The translations under genes were made by a program, and so were the position numbers. The notes under the pieces are model-generated. The model worked only from the letters and a program-made list of their open reading frames with translations. It did no database searches and was not told the origin of the DNA. A DNA stretch of 64,000 nt from an uncultured bacterium. GTDB taxonomy: Bacteria > Bipolaricaulota > Bipolaricaulia > UBA7950 > UBA9294. Below are positions 37,678 to 46,634 of this stretch, in pieces; the first letter of the stretch is position 1, and each line of letters starts with the position of its first letter. The stretch lies in the NCBI GenBank assembly GCA_903857865.1, contig CAIOGO010000008.1, positions 12,292-76,291 of the forward strand. Direction: 5' to 3'.

Positions 37678-38010
37678 GCCGCGGGCTCTGCCCGCGCCGC
37701 AGGTCACGCTGTCGCGGTCGTGTCCCGCTAACCGATGATTGCGCTTCTCGATAGATGATCATGGTGCAATCACGCCGCGGGCTCTGCCCGCGCCGCAGGG
37801 CAGGCTTTGCCGACGCTGCCCTGCTAACCGGTGATTGCGTTGCTCGACAGGAGATCATGGTGCAATCACGCCGCGGGTCACGCTGTCGCGGTCGTGCCCC
37901 GCTAACCGGTGATTGCGTTGCTCGACAGGAGATCATGGTGCAATCACGCCGCGGGCTCTGCCCGCTTACAGGTGATTGCGTTTCTCGATAGATGATCATG
38001 GTGCAATCAC
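37678..38010. repeat. array of four 39-nt hairpin repeats with modular inter-repeat segments
   Basis: GTGATTGCG..CTCGA.AG..GATCATGGTGCAATCAC at 37735, 37831, 37909 and 37972, with an 8-bp terminal inverted repeat GTGATTGC/GCAATCAC. Inter-repeat segments of 57/57/39/24 nt are built from shared blocks. Confidence 0.9.
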
Positions 38011-40115
38011 CAAGCGTTCTACGTTGGAATTGCCGAGGTCGCTAGAGATCACGTAGAGGTACAGGCCCGCTGCCACGCGCACGCCGCTCGTCGAACGCAG
38101 ATCCCACGTGATCGACGAGCCCGCGACCGCGATCTCGACCTCGAACACCCGCGCTCCCGCCACATCGTAGACGCGCAAGGAGGCTTCTCCCGTTCCTTCA
38201 GGGAGCGTGTACACGAAGGCGGCCTCGTCGATCGCCGGGTTCGCCTCCACCGCGACCGTCGGCCGTGCGCCCGAGGGGGGCGGCGGCTCCGTCGGTTCGA
38301 GGTCAAGCAAGGCGGCCCACACGTCGAGCTTGCCGAACCCCCAGCGGTCGTTCGGCACCGCGCCGGTGTAGTCATCGCGCGTCGCCGTCCTGGTCAAAAG
38401 ATCACGCACATCGCCTGCCGTAAGCAGCGGATCCACGTCGAAGAGAAGCGCGATGGCCCCGGCGACGTGCGGTGACGCCATGCTCGTCCCGCGATGCATC
38501 GCGTGAACCCCATCGGGATGGATGAGGTAGTCGAACGACGCCGCGGCCGACGACAGGGCGGAGCAAATCCACGCGCCCGGCGCTGCGAGATCCGGCTTCG
38601 TCCTCCCGTCGCGCGTCGGCCCCTGACTGGAGAACCCGGACAGGACGCCGAGCGGGTTCTCGTCCGACTCGTCCTGTTCTCCCGCCCGCGACGGCCACGC
38701 GCCCTTCGTGTTGAACGACCCCACCGTGATCGCGCCGCGCGCGTTGCCGGGCTCATCGATCGTCGACGCGGAGTCGCCGCCGACGATGGCCCCCGTATCG
38801 GTCGTGACCCAGCCATCGAAGCGGCCGCCGCCGCTCTCGTCGCGCACGGCAACGCGCCACCGCGTCCTGGACGTCGTACTCGTGATTCGCAAGAACGCCT
38901 CGCGATCCCCATTGTTCGGGTTCACTCCGCCCGAGGCGTTGTCGATGTAGGCGATGCCCTCCGGCGTGGGCACGAAGCCGCTCCCCGTGCCGGTTGACGC
39001 AGACAGCGAGGCGCCCGACGGCGACGCCATACTGATCGAGAATCTGGACGCTCCCGGATACCAGATCTCCATCGTGACCTCGCGAGCCCCGGCCTCGAGC
39101 TCGAAGGTCCGAGTCCCTCCCTGCAGCGATCCGGAGACGTGGATCGCAAGGTCGCCCTCGTTCCCCGCCGAGACGACGATTGCGCGTCCCGCTCCCTGCG
39201 CGAGCTCGTCCAACCCTCGCTCGAACGCCGACGTACCATCGTGCGGACCTTCCTGCCCGCCGAGACTCAGGTTCACGACCGCCGGAAGCCCGCGGCGCTC
39301 CGCCTCGTCGAAGATGTACCCCACGCCTTCAAGAATGTCCGCGGTGTAGAACGTCGTCTTGACGGCAACGATCCACGCTTTGGGAGCGACGCCGCGGAAC
39401 CCGGCCGATGAAGACGAGCCGTCGCCCGCCGCGATGCCCGCGACGTGCGTGCCGTGACCGTCGCGATCCGCCTCGCGCACGACGCCCGTGTCCGGCCCCG
39501 CCCCGCTTGCCAGATCCGCCTCGATGTCGTCTTGGCTGTACGTCGCGCCGAGCAGACCCCACGTTTGATCCCAGAGCGCGAGAACGCGCGACGATTCCTC
39601 CGTCCCGTCTCGGTTCGCGTCGTAGCGGAAGTCGAGGTGTCGAACGTCGATGCCCGTGTCAACGAACCGACAATGACACCTTCCCCCTCCACGGGGGGCG
39701 ACGCCTCGTGAGCGAGATCGGCCCCAACGGCTGGCACGCTTGCGTCGAGGGCGACCCGCGTCCTCCATGACGGCTCCACGTACGCGACGCGGCGATCCTC
39801 GAGGAGGCTCGACAGCTCGGCCCGGGAAACAGTGAGGCTTGCCACCGTCCCGGTAGAGAAGCTGACGGGAACGCCGCCAAGCGCGCCCCCCGACACCGGC
39901 TCCGTGGCGCGGGCAAGCACCTTGACCCGCACCTCGCCCGTCGGGTCGGCCACGACCTGCAAGTCGGCGAGTGCGGCACCCTTCGCCGTCGCCCCGAGGC
40001 CCTCGTCGATCCACGCGGCGAGTGTCGGGTCAAGGCGTGCGACGTCCTGTGCCGACACGGCCGCGGCCAGTCCGACGAAAAGAATCAGAGCGGCCCACGC
40101 CGCTGCGCACTGCAC
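37996..40115 (-). pseudogene. subtilisin-like S8 serine peptidase with C-terminal FlgD-Ig/T9SS-CTD-like sorting domain; reading frame broken about 39661-39668
   Basis: N-terminal part (signal peptide, propeptide, ...GEGVIVG) is in one frame. FVDTGIDVRH (Asp), HGTHVAG (His) and GTSMASPHVAG (Ser) are in another. GGTTCGTT would read GGTTTCGTT if one T were restored. Confidence 0.75.
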
Positions 40116-40369
40116 GCTATTTTCCCCCTCTGAATCAGGCGCGCATTGTACACGACGTCGATTCGGCAACCCAAGAGCCGTCCCGCCTCCGCCCTAGCCG
40201 CGCCGCGGCCGCCGTCCTTTACAGCGCCTTCGTCCCTGTGCTATGATCCGGACGCTGGCGCAGACGGTGCCTGCGCTTCCTGCATCGCGGAGCCCGTGGT
40301 ACCCTCGGCGAAGGATTCGGCCTCACGGAGCCGGGCTCCAAGAGCCAGCCTCGGTGAGGCCCGAGACTC

Positions 40370-40660
40370 ATGACAAACGGTGACAAGGTCGATTCCGAGA
40401 AGAACGACGAGATGCTCGAGCGCTACAAGGCCGCGGTCGAGCGCGCGCTCCCCCGCGTCCCGGTGAAGAACGGCGTGGTCGAGATCGATTCCGTTTGGGT
40501 GGAGACATCGTTGCCGTATGATCTCCTCGAGGCGATCCTTCGTCGGGACGACCTCAAGCTCCCCCCGAATGTCGAGCGCATCCATCTTCGGACGCGCGCT
40601 GAGCAAGGAGAACCCGGTGCCCCAGGCAAGCGGCGCAGAAAGCGTGAAGTTCGGAACTGA
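40370..40660 (+). CDS. small hypothetical ORF (96 aa), doubtful
   Basis: ATG ORF overlapping the likely pgm start by 44 nt; basic tail looks like read-through. No family recognised. Confidence 0.2.
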   Translation: MTNGDKVDSEKNDEMLERYKAAVERALPRVPVKNGVVEIDSVWVETSLPYDLLEAILRRDDLKLPPNVERIHLRTRAEQGEPGAPGKRRRKREVRN

Positions 40661-42080
40661 CGGCTGGCGCGGCATCATCGCCCGCGAGTTCACGTTCGAC
40701 AACGTCGGACGCGTTGCCGACGCCGTCGCCGCGTACCTTCGCGACCCCGAGCGCCGCAAGGGCGCGATCTACACCGACTGGGGCGCCGACTACCGCCCCG
40801 CCGAGCAGGGTGTCGTCATTGGCTACGACACGCGCTTTCTCTCGGAGGAGTTCGCCGTCCACTTCGCGCGGGTCATCCGAGACCGCGGCCTTCCGGTCGC
40901 GGTCAGCGACGCCTTCGTGCCGACCCCGGCCCTCTCGTACGCCGTCGTCGACCGCCGCGCCGCGGTCGGGATCATGATCACGAGCAGTCACAATCCGCCG
41001 ATCTACAACGGGATCAAGATCAAGGCCGAGTACGGCGGCTCGGCGCCGCAGGAAGTCACCAACGCCGTCGAGGCCTTCCTCTCTGCCTCCGGCCCGGCGC
41101 CGCGGTCGGCGCCCAGCGACATCGAGCGCGTCGACCTCCGCACGCCGTACATGAACCGCATCCGCGAACTGATGGATCGCGAGCGCCTCACGTCGTCGCG
41201 CATTCACGCCGTCGTCGACTCGATGTACGGCTCCGCCGCGGGCTACGTGGCGGAACTCCTACGCGAGTCCGGCGTGCCGTACACCCAGATCCGCGGCGCG
41301 CGCGATCCCCTGTTCGGCGGCAAGAAGCCCGAGCCGCTCGAAGAGAACCTCATCCCGCTCCGCGCTGTCCTGCGGTCGCGCGCTGGCAAGCACGAGCGCC
41401 TCATCGGTGTGATCACCGATGGCGACGGGGATCGCATCGCCGCCATGGACGAGAAGGGCGGGTTCATCGACCCGCACGGCACGTACGCGCTCATCCTCCG
41501 CTACCTCGTCGAGGAGCGCGGCCTGCGCGGCGCCGTCGTCGTGTCGTTCAACCTGACCGACCTCGTGCGCCGGATGTGCGCCGCCTACGGCCTCGAGGTC
41601 ATCGAAGTGCCGATCGGGTTCAAGTACGCGGTCGAGCAGATCCTGAAGAAGGATGTCCTGATGGCCGGAGAAGAGAGCGGCAGCCTCGCCCTGCGCGGGC
41701 ACATCCCCGAGCGCGATGGCGTGTTGTGGTCGATCCTTCTATGTGAGATCCTTGCCACCTCGAAGCGGCCGGCGAGCGAGCTCGTCGCCGATCTGCACCG
41801 ACGCTTCGGCCCGCAGGTCGTACGCCGCCGCGACATCGAGATCGAGCGCAGGCTCGAGGTCGTGCAACAGCTCAAGGCGAACCCGCCCGACCGCTTCGGC
41901 GGCGAGCCGGTGCGATCCGTCGAGACGCTCGACGGCCTCAAGCTGCGATTCGAGAAGGGATGGATTCTCTTCCGCGCGTCGGGCACGGAACCGATCCTGC
42001 GCATCTACTGTGAGATGGAAACTGACCAAGCGGTCCGGCGCATGCTGGACGAAGGCGAGCGCTTCGCACGAGGAGTCTAG
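40617..42080 (+). CDS. phosphoglucomutase/phosphomannomutase family protein
   Basis: KFGTDGWRG, active-site TSSHNPPIYNGIK, metal loop TDGDGDR, GEESG. GTG 40617 preceded by AAGGAGAA. Confidence 0.88.
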   Translation: MPQASGAESVKFGTDGWRGIIAREFTFDNVGRVADAVAAYLRDPERRKGAIYTDWGADYRPAEQGVVIGYDTRFLSEEFAVHFARVIRDRGLPVAVSDAFVPTPALSYAVVDRRAAVGIMITSSHNPPIYNGIKIKAEYGGSAPQEVTNAVEAFLSASGPAPRSAPSDIERVDLRTPYMNRIRELMDRERLTSSRIHAVVDSMYGSAAGYVAELLRESGVPYTQIRGARDPLFGGKKPEPLEENLIPLRAVLRSRAGKHERLIGVITDGDGDRIAAMDEKGGFIDPHGTYALILRYLVEERGLRGAVVVSFNLTDLVRRMCAAYGLEVIEVPIGFKYAVEQILKKDVLMAGEESGSLALRGHIPERDGVLWSILLCEILATSKRPASELVADLHRRFGPQVVRRRDIEIERRLEVVQQLKANPPDRFGGEPVRSVETLDGLKLRFEKGWILFRASGTEPILRIYCEMETDQAVRRMLDEGERFARGV

Positions 42081-42083
42081 GCC

Positions 42084-44987
42084 ATGACGGCCCATTCGAT
42101 CGAACCCTATGATTTCAGAGCGATTGAGACGCGTTGGCGCGACACGTGGCGGAAGGGCGGCTACTTCCACGTCGATACGAAGGCGCGCGAGAACACCTTC
42201 TACTACCTGAACATGTTTCCGTACCCGTCGGGGTACCTGCACGTCGGACACGGGCGCAACTACATCATCGGCGACGTCCTCACCCGCTTCTACCGCATGC
42301 GCGGCTACCACATCCTGAACCCGATGGGCTGGGACGCGTTCGGCCTCCCCGCCGAGAACGCGGCCATCGACCGCGGCATCCACCCGCGCGAGTGGACGGT
42401 CAAGAACATCGCCCACGCCAAGGAGCAGTTCCGCGCCTGGGGCATCGAGTACGACTGGGACCGCGAGATCTCGACCTGCGACCCCGACTACTACCGCTGG
42501 ACGCAGTGGCTGTTCCTCGAGCTGTACAAGAAGGGCCTCGCCTACCGCAAGCTGGCGACCGTCAACTACTGCCCGCAGTGCAAGACCGTGCTCGCGAACG
42601 AGCAGGTCGTCGGCGGCGCCTGCGAGCGCTGCGGCACCCCACCCGAGCCGAAGACGCTCGAACAGTGGTTCTTCAAGATCACCGAGTACGCCGACCGCCT
42701 GCTCGACGACCTCGCCAAGCTCGAAAGCTGGCCCGAGAGCGTCAAGAAGATGCAGGAGAACTGGATCGGCAAGAGCGAGGGCGCCGAAGTCGTCTTCAAG
42801 ACCGAGAAGGGCGACGACCTCGTCGTCTTCACGACGCGGCCCGACACCCTGTGGGGTGCGACGTTCATGGTCCTCGCGCCAGAACACGCGCTCGTCGACA
42901 AGTTGGCGACGAAAGAGCAGAAGGCCGAAGTCGCCGCGTACCGCGACCGCGCGATCCGCACCTCCGACATCGACCGCCTCTCCACCGAACGCGACAAGAC
43001 GGGTGTGTTCACCGGCGCCTACGCCGTGAATCCGGCGAACAACGAACGCATCCCCATCTGGATCGCCGACTACGTCCTGATGTCCTACGGCACGGGCGCG
43101 ATCATGGCCGTGCCGGCGCACGACGAGCGCGACTTCGCGTTCGCCCTACGCTACGGCCTCCCGATCCTGCCCGTCATCGAACGCCTCGACCGCCGCGCCC
43201 GCGCTTTCGTGCCGTCGTCGGCCGTCGGCGGCGACTTCGAGAAGGTCGCCCGCGCTGACGAGCTCTCGATCGAGTCTGTCGCCGGGGGCTTCGTCATCGA
43301 CTGCGCCTGGGACAACGTGAACCGCGCCGTCCGCCTCATCCAGACCGCACTTGAACCGAACGGCTGGGCGTCCGTCGTCGGCACGCGGTTCGCGTTTATC
43401 TTCCACGACGCCGTCATCGCCCACGACTCCGCCGCCGCCGACCGCGAGATCGTCGCCCGCTGCGCACTCCTAACGGGGGCGACCTTCAACGCGCGAACGG
43501 CGATGGAGATCCTGACCAAGATCCCCGCCTACGAGGGCCTGCTCTTCCACGCCGGCGTCGGCACGATGCAGCACTCCGGCCGGTTCAGCGGCACGCGCGG
43601 CGACCAAGCCAAGGACATCGTGACCGCGTGGCTCGAGAAGGGGCAGAAGGGCAAGAAGGCCATCACCTATCGCCTGCACGATTGGCTCATCTCGCGCCAA
43701 CGCTACTGGGGCGCGCCGATCCCGATCATCAACTGCAAGAAGTGCGGCGAAGTCCCCGTGCCGGAGAAGGACCTGCCCGTCCTGCTGCCGGATGTTGCAT
43801 TCATTGGGAAAATGGGGCTCGCGGACATCCCCGGCTACGCCGACACGACGTGTCCCAAGTGCGGCGGCAAGGCCAAGCGCGACACCGACACGATGGACAC
43901 GTTCGTCGACTCGTCGTGGTACTACCTGCGGTTCATCAACCCGCACGACGCGCGGCGCGCGTTCGTGCGCGACGACGTCGACCACTGGCTGCCCGTCAAC
44001 CAGTACGTCGGCGGCGTCGAGCACGCGATCCTGCACCTCCTCTACTCGCGTTTCGTCACCAAGGCCCTCTTTGACATGGGCCACGTCGGGTTCGAGGAGC
44101 CGTTCGCCCGCCTGTTCACGCAGGGTATGGTCTGCCACACCGCGTACAAGTGCCCCGAACACGGCTGGCTGTACCCGAAGGAAGTCGCCGACGGCAACCG
44201 CTGCCCGCACTGCCAAAAGCCGCTTGAGAACCCATACTTCTCGATGTCGAAGTCGAAGAAGAACGTCGTCGACCCGTCCGAGATCATCGACCGCGTCGGC
44301 GCCGACACCGAACGGCTGTACACGCTGTTCATGGGTCCGCCCGATCGCGACATCGAGTGGTCGGAGGAAGGCATCCGCGGCTCGTTCCGCTTCCTGAACC
44401 GCGTCTGGGCGCTCGTCGTCGAGGCGACTCCGCGCCTTGCCCCACGGACAGCGGCCGCCGACCCGGCGACCCTCGACGCCGACGGAGCCGCGCTGTGGCG
44501 TCGCGTGCACCGCACGGTGCGCAAGGTGAGCGAGGACATCCAGGATCGCTTCAGCTTCAACACCGCCGTGTCGGCGATCATGGAGTTGACCAACGACCTC
44601 GGCCGCTACCTCGAACGCGAGGACGCCGATCCGGCGCTCCTGCGCGAGGCCGTCGACACGCTGATCCTCATCCTGTCGCCCATCTGCCCATTCCTCGGCG
44701 AGGAGCTGTGGCGCCGCGTCGGGCATGAAGGCTCGCCGCTCGAAGTCGGCTGGCCGCGCTACCGCGTTGACGCCCTTGCGGCCGACACGATCGAGATCCC
44801 GGTGCAGATCAACGGCAAGCTGCGTGCCAAGGTGGCCGTGCCCGCCGAAGTGGCCGCCGACGCCGAGGCGCTCAAGGCCGCCGCGCTCGCCGACCCCGAG
44901 GTCAAGGCGAAGCTCGAAGGCGTCGAGCTCCTCAAAGCCATCGCCGTGCCAAACAAGATGGTCAGCCTCGTCGTCAAGGCGCCATAG
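42084..44987 (+). CDS. leuS: leucine--tRNA ligase (967 aa, carries an extra insertion after the CP1 editing domain)
   Basis: [10 protein letters not shown] (HIGH), CP1 [27 protein letters not shown] (KMSKS). Confidence 0.97.
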   Translation: MTAHSIEPYDFRAIETRWRDTWRKGGYFHVDTKARENTFYYLNMFPYPSGYLHVGHGRNYIIGDVLTRFYRMRGYHILNPMGWDAFGLPAENAAIDRGIHPREWTVKNIAHAKEQFRAWGIEYDWDREISTCDPDYYRWTQWLFLELYKKGLAYRKLATVNYCPQCKTVLANEQVVGGACERCGTPPEPKTLEQWFFKITEYADRLLDDLAKLESWPESVKKMQENWIGKSEGAEVVFKTEKGDDLVVFTTRPDTLWGATFMVLAPEHALVDKLATKEQKAEVAAYRDRAIRTSDIDRLSTERDKTGVFTGAYAVNPANNERIPIWIADYVLMSYGTGAIMAVPAHDERDFAFALRYGLPILPVIERLDRRARAFVPSSAVGGDFEKVARADELSIESVAGGFVIDCAWDNVNRAVRLIQTALEPNGWASVVGTRFAFIFHDAVIAHDSAAADREIVARCALLTGATFNARTAMEILTKIPAYEGLLFHAGVGTMQHSGRFSGTRGDQAKDIVTAWLEKGQKGKKAITYRLHDWLISRQRYWGAPIPIINCKKCGEVPVPEKDLPVLLPDVAFIGKMGLADIPGYADTTCPKCGGKAKRDTDTMDTFVDSSWYYLRFINPHDARRAFVRDDVDHWLPVNQYVGGVEHAILHLLYSRFVTKALFDMGHVGFEEPFARLFTQGMVCHTAYKCPEHGWLYPKEVADGNRCPHCQKPLENPYFSMSKSKKNVVDPSEIIDRVGADTERLYTLFMGPPDRDIEWSEEGIRGSFRFLNRVWALVVEATPRLAPRTAAADPATLDADGAALWRRVHRTVRKVSEDIQDRFSFNTAVSAIMELTNDLGRYLEREDADPALLREAVDTLILILSPICPFLGEELWRRVGHEGSPLEVGWPRYRVDALAADTIEIPVQINGKLRAKVAVPAEVAADAEALKAAALADPEVKAKLEGVELLKAIAVPNKMVSLVVKAP

Positions 44988-45368
44988 GCGCTTGAGCTTG
45001 TACGCCAGTCGAGGAGTCGATCGAGAGTGGGCGGAGTTTGGCGATGGGTTGTCGAACGGAGTTGCCACGAACCAGGACGCCGAAGGGACTGAGCGGTCGA
45101 GAAGCGGCCAGGAGCCTGCCGTGAGGACAGAATCGACTGATGAGTCGCGCTTCACCTCCAAGCCCCATCCTGTCGAAGGTGGCTGCGCAGATCAAGCAGC
45201 CCCCTCGGCCCCTCGGCGCGGCGCGTGTGGTCCGCGCCCAGATGCATGCCCTGAAAGGTCAGCGGCCCTGGATTCGAGGAACTGCTCCCCGCCATCTGCC
45301 GCTAGGGGAGCAGCCTTCCTCGATAGGGACGGAGTGATAGGCGAAGCCAACGGCACACCCATGGCCTC

Positions 45369-45401
45369 GCCCCTAGCTGCTGCTCTCACGGAGCAGCAGC
45401 C
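45369..45401. repeat. hairpin repeat copy 1 flanking gmhB
   Basis: GCCCCTAGCTGCTGCTC-TCACG-GAGCAGCAGCC, a 10-bp stem. Near-identical copy at 46107-46137. Confidence 0.75.
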
Positions 45402-45413
45402 AATGACCCAGTC

Positions 45414-46064
45414 ATGAAGCACAACCTTGTTGGAGGCGGTTGCTCCAGAGAAGCAACCGCCTCCGTCCCGGAACACTGCGGCTCCTCGCCCGGGCGGGCC
45501 GCAGTGTTTCTTGACAGGGATGGAGTGCTGAATGACCAAACCGCCTTCGTCAACACGCCCGACGACTTCCGCCTCCTGCCCGGCACAGCCGCTGCCATTC
45601 GTCGCCTGAACGAGGCCGGGATCCCCGTCATCGTCGTCACGAACCAAGGCGGCATCGCGCTCGGCTACCTGACCGAAGACGACCTCGCGGCGATCCACCA
45701 GCGCATGGCCGAGCTGCTCGCAGCAGAGGGAGCACACGTAGACAAGGTCTACTCGTGTCCTTATTACCCGAACGGCACAATCCCCAGATACTCGAAAGAC
45801 TCTCCGGATAGGAAACCGGGCACCGGCATGCTCGAACGCGCCCGCGACGAACTCGGCGTTGACCTGTGCAAGTCGTACCTCGTTGGCGACGCCACGACCG
45901 ACATCCTCGCTGGCAACCGCGCCGGCTGCACCACCATCCTCGTCCAAACTGGCTTTGCCGGGAAGGACGCGAAAGCGCTCGCTGAGCCTGATCACACGGC
46001 CGCGGATCTCGGCGCGGCCGTGGACCTCATTCTCAGCCAACTGCTATCTCAGCGAGCTCGCTGA
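45414..46064 (+). CDS. gmhB: D,D-heptose 1,7-bisphosphate phosphatase (HAD-IIIA, GmhB-like)
   Basis: FLDRDGVLN (motif I), VVTNQGG (motif II), RKPGTGML, VGDATTDILAG. Confidence 0.8.
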   Translation: MKHNLVGGGCSREATASVPEHCGSSPGRAAVFLDRDGVLNDQTAFVNTPDDFRLLPGTAAAIRRLNEAGIPVIVVTNQGGIALGYLTEDDLAAIHQRMAELLAAEGAHVDKVYSCPYYPNGTIPRYSKDSPDRKPGTGMLERARDELGVDLCKSYLVGDATTDILAGNRAGCTTILVQTGFAGKDAKALAEPDHTAADLGAAVDLILSQLLSQRAR

Positions 46065-46106
46065 GCCCAGCCGAAGGCATCCAGCCGCATGTCGTCCACG
46101 CCTTCG

Positions 46107-46137
46107 GCCCTAGCTGCTGCTCCCATGAGCAGCAGCC
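46107..46137. repeat. hairpin repeat copy 2 flanking gmhB
   Basis: GGCCCTAGCTGCTGCTC-CCAT-GAGCAGCAGCC. Confidence 0.75.
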
Positions 46138-46322
46138 GACTACACGGTCGCCGACCTACCTGCCGCCGTCGATCTGATACTCGATCGCCTCGCGCCTGTA
46201 GTCACGTGACGCCGCCAGGTGAAGGCATCCACCCGAACTGCCTTCGCCCCTAGCCGCAACGCCGTAGGCGATGCGGCCCGTTGCGACACTCCGTCGTCAG
46301 CGGGTATCATCCGGTCAACACT

Positions 46323-46395
<73 letters not shown>

Positions 46396-46634
46396 CAACG
46401 CTATTCTGGACGCCGTTCTTGAGCCCTGTTCATGGGGCCTGGAGTCACTTTCCGACGAGCCGCAATGGAGTCAGATGTGGCTGCAGGCTCGGCCGTGGAA
46501 CTCCATCAGCTGCTCTGCACCTTCTCCGCCAGCTGTATCAAGGCTAGACTAACAGTGAGATGGTTCACTTCCGGACGTGAGGGCACATCCGAGACACTTG
46601 GTGCATTAGGTGACTGAGAAGGCCATTGCGACAA

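Noticed and set aside
37667-37999. Repetitive N-terminal extension (RRDCTMISCRATQSPVSG x3) of the PorV-like ORF
   Set aside because: It is a translation of the DNA hairpin-repeat array. A canonical signal peptide begins at ATG 37666.
37678-38010. Possible CRISPR array (four about 39-nt palindromic repeats)
   Set aside because: Inter-repeat segments share sequence blocks with each other (not unique spacers) and have irregular lengths of 57/39/24 nt. There are only four copies and no cas genes in the window. The last repeat overlaps a coding 3' end.
37996-40169. Two separate overlapping genes (39273-40169 and 37996-40014)
   Set aside because: The first supplies only the signal peptide, propeptide and GEGVIVG. 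The second supplies the S8 catalytic triad starting exactly at the next motif. A single-base indel joins them, so I treat it as one disrupted gene.
43179-43565. Intein in LeuRS
   Set aside because: No Cys/Ser/Thr at the insert N-terminus with a His-Asn plus nucleophile at the C-terminus, no block A/B/F/G motifs, and it is too short.
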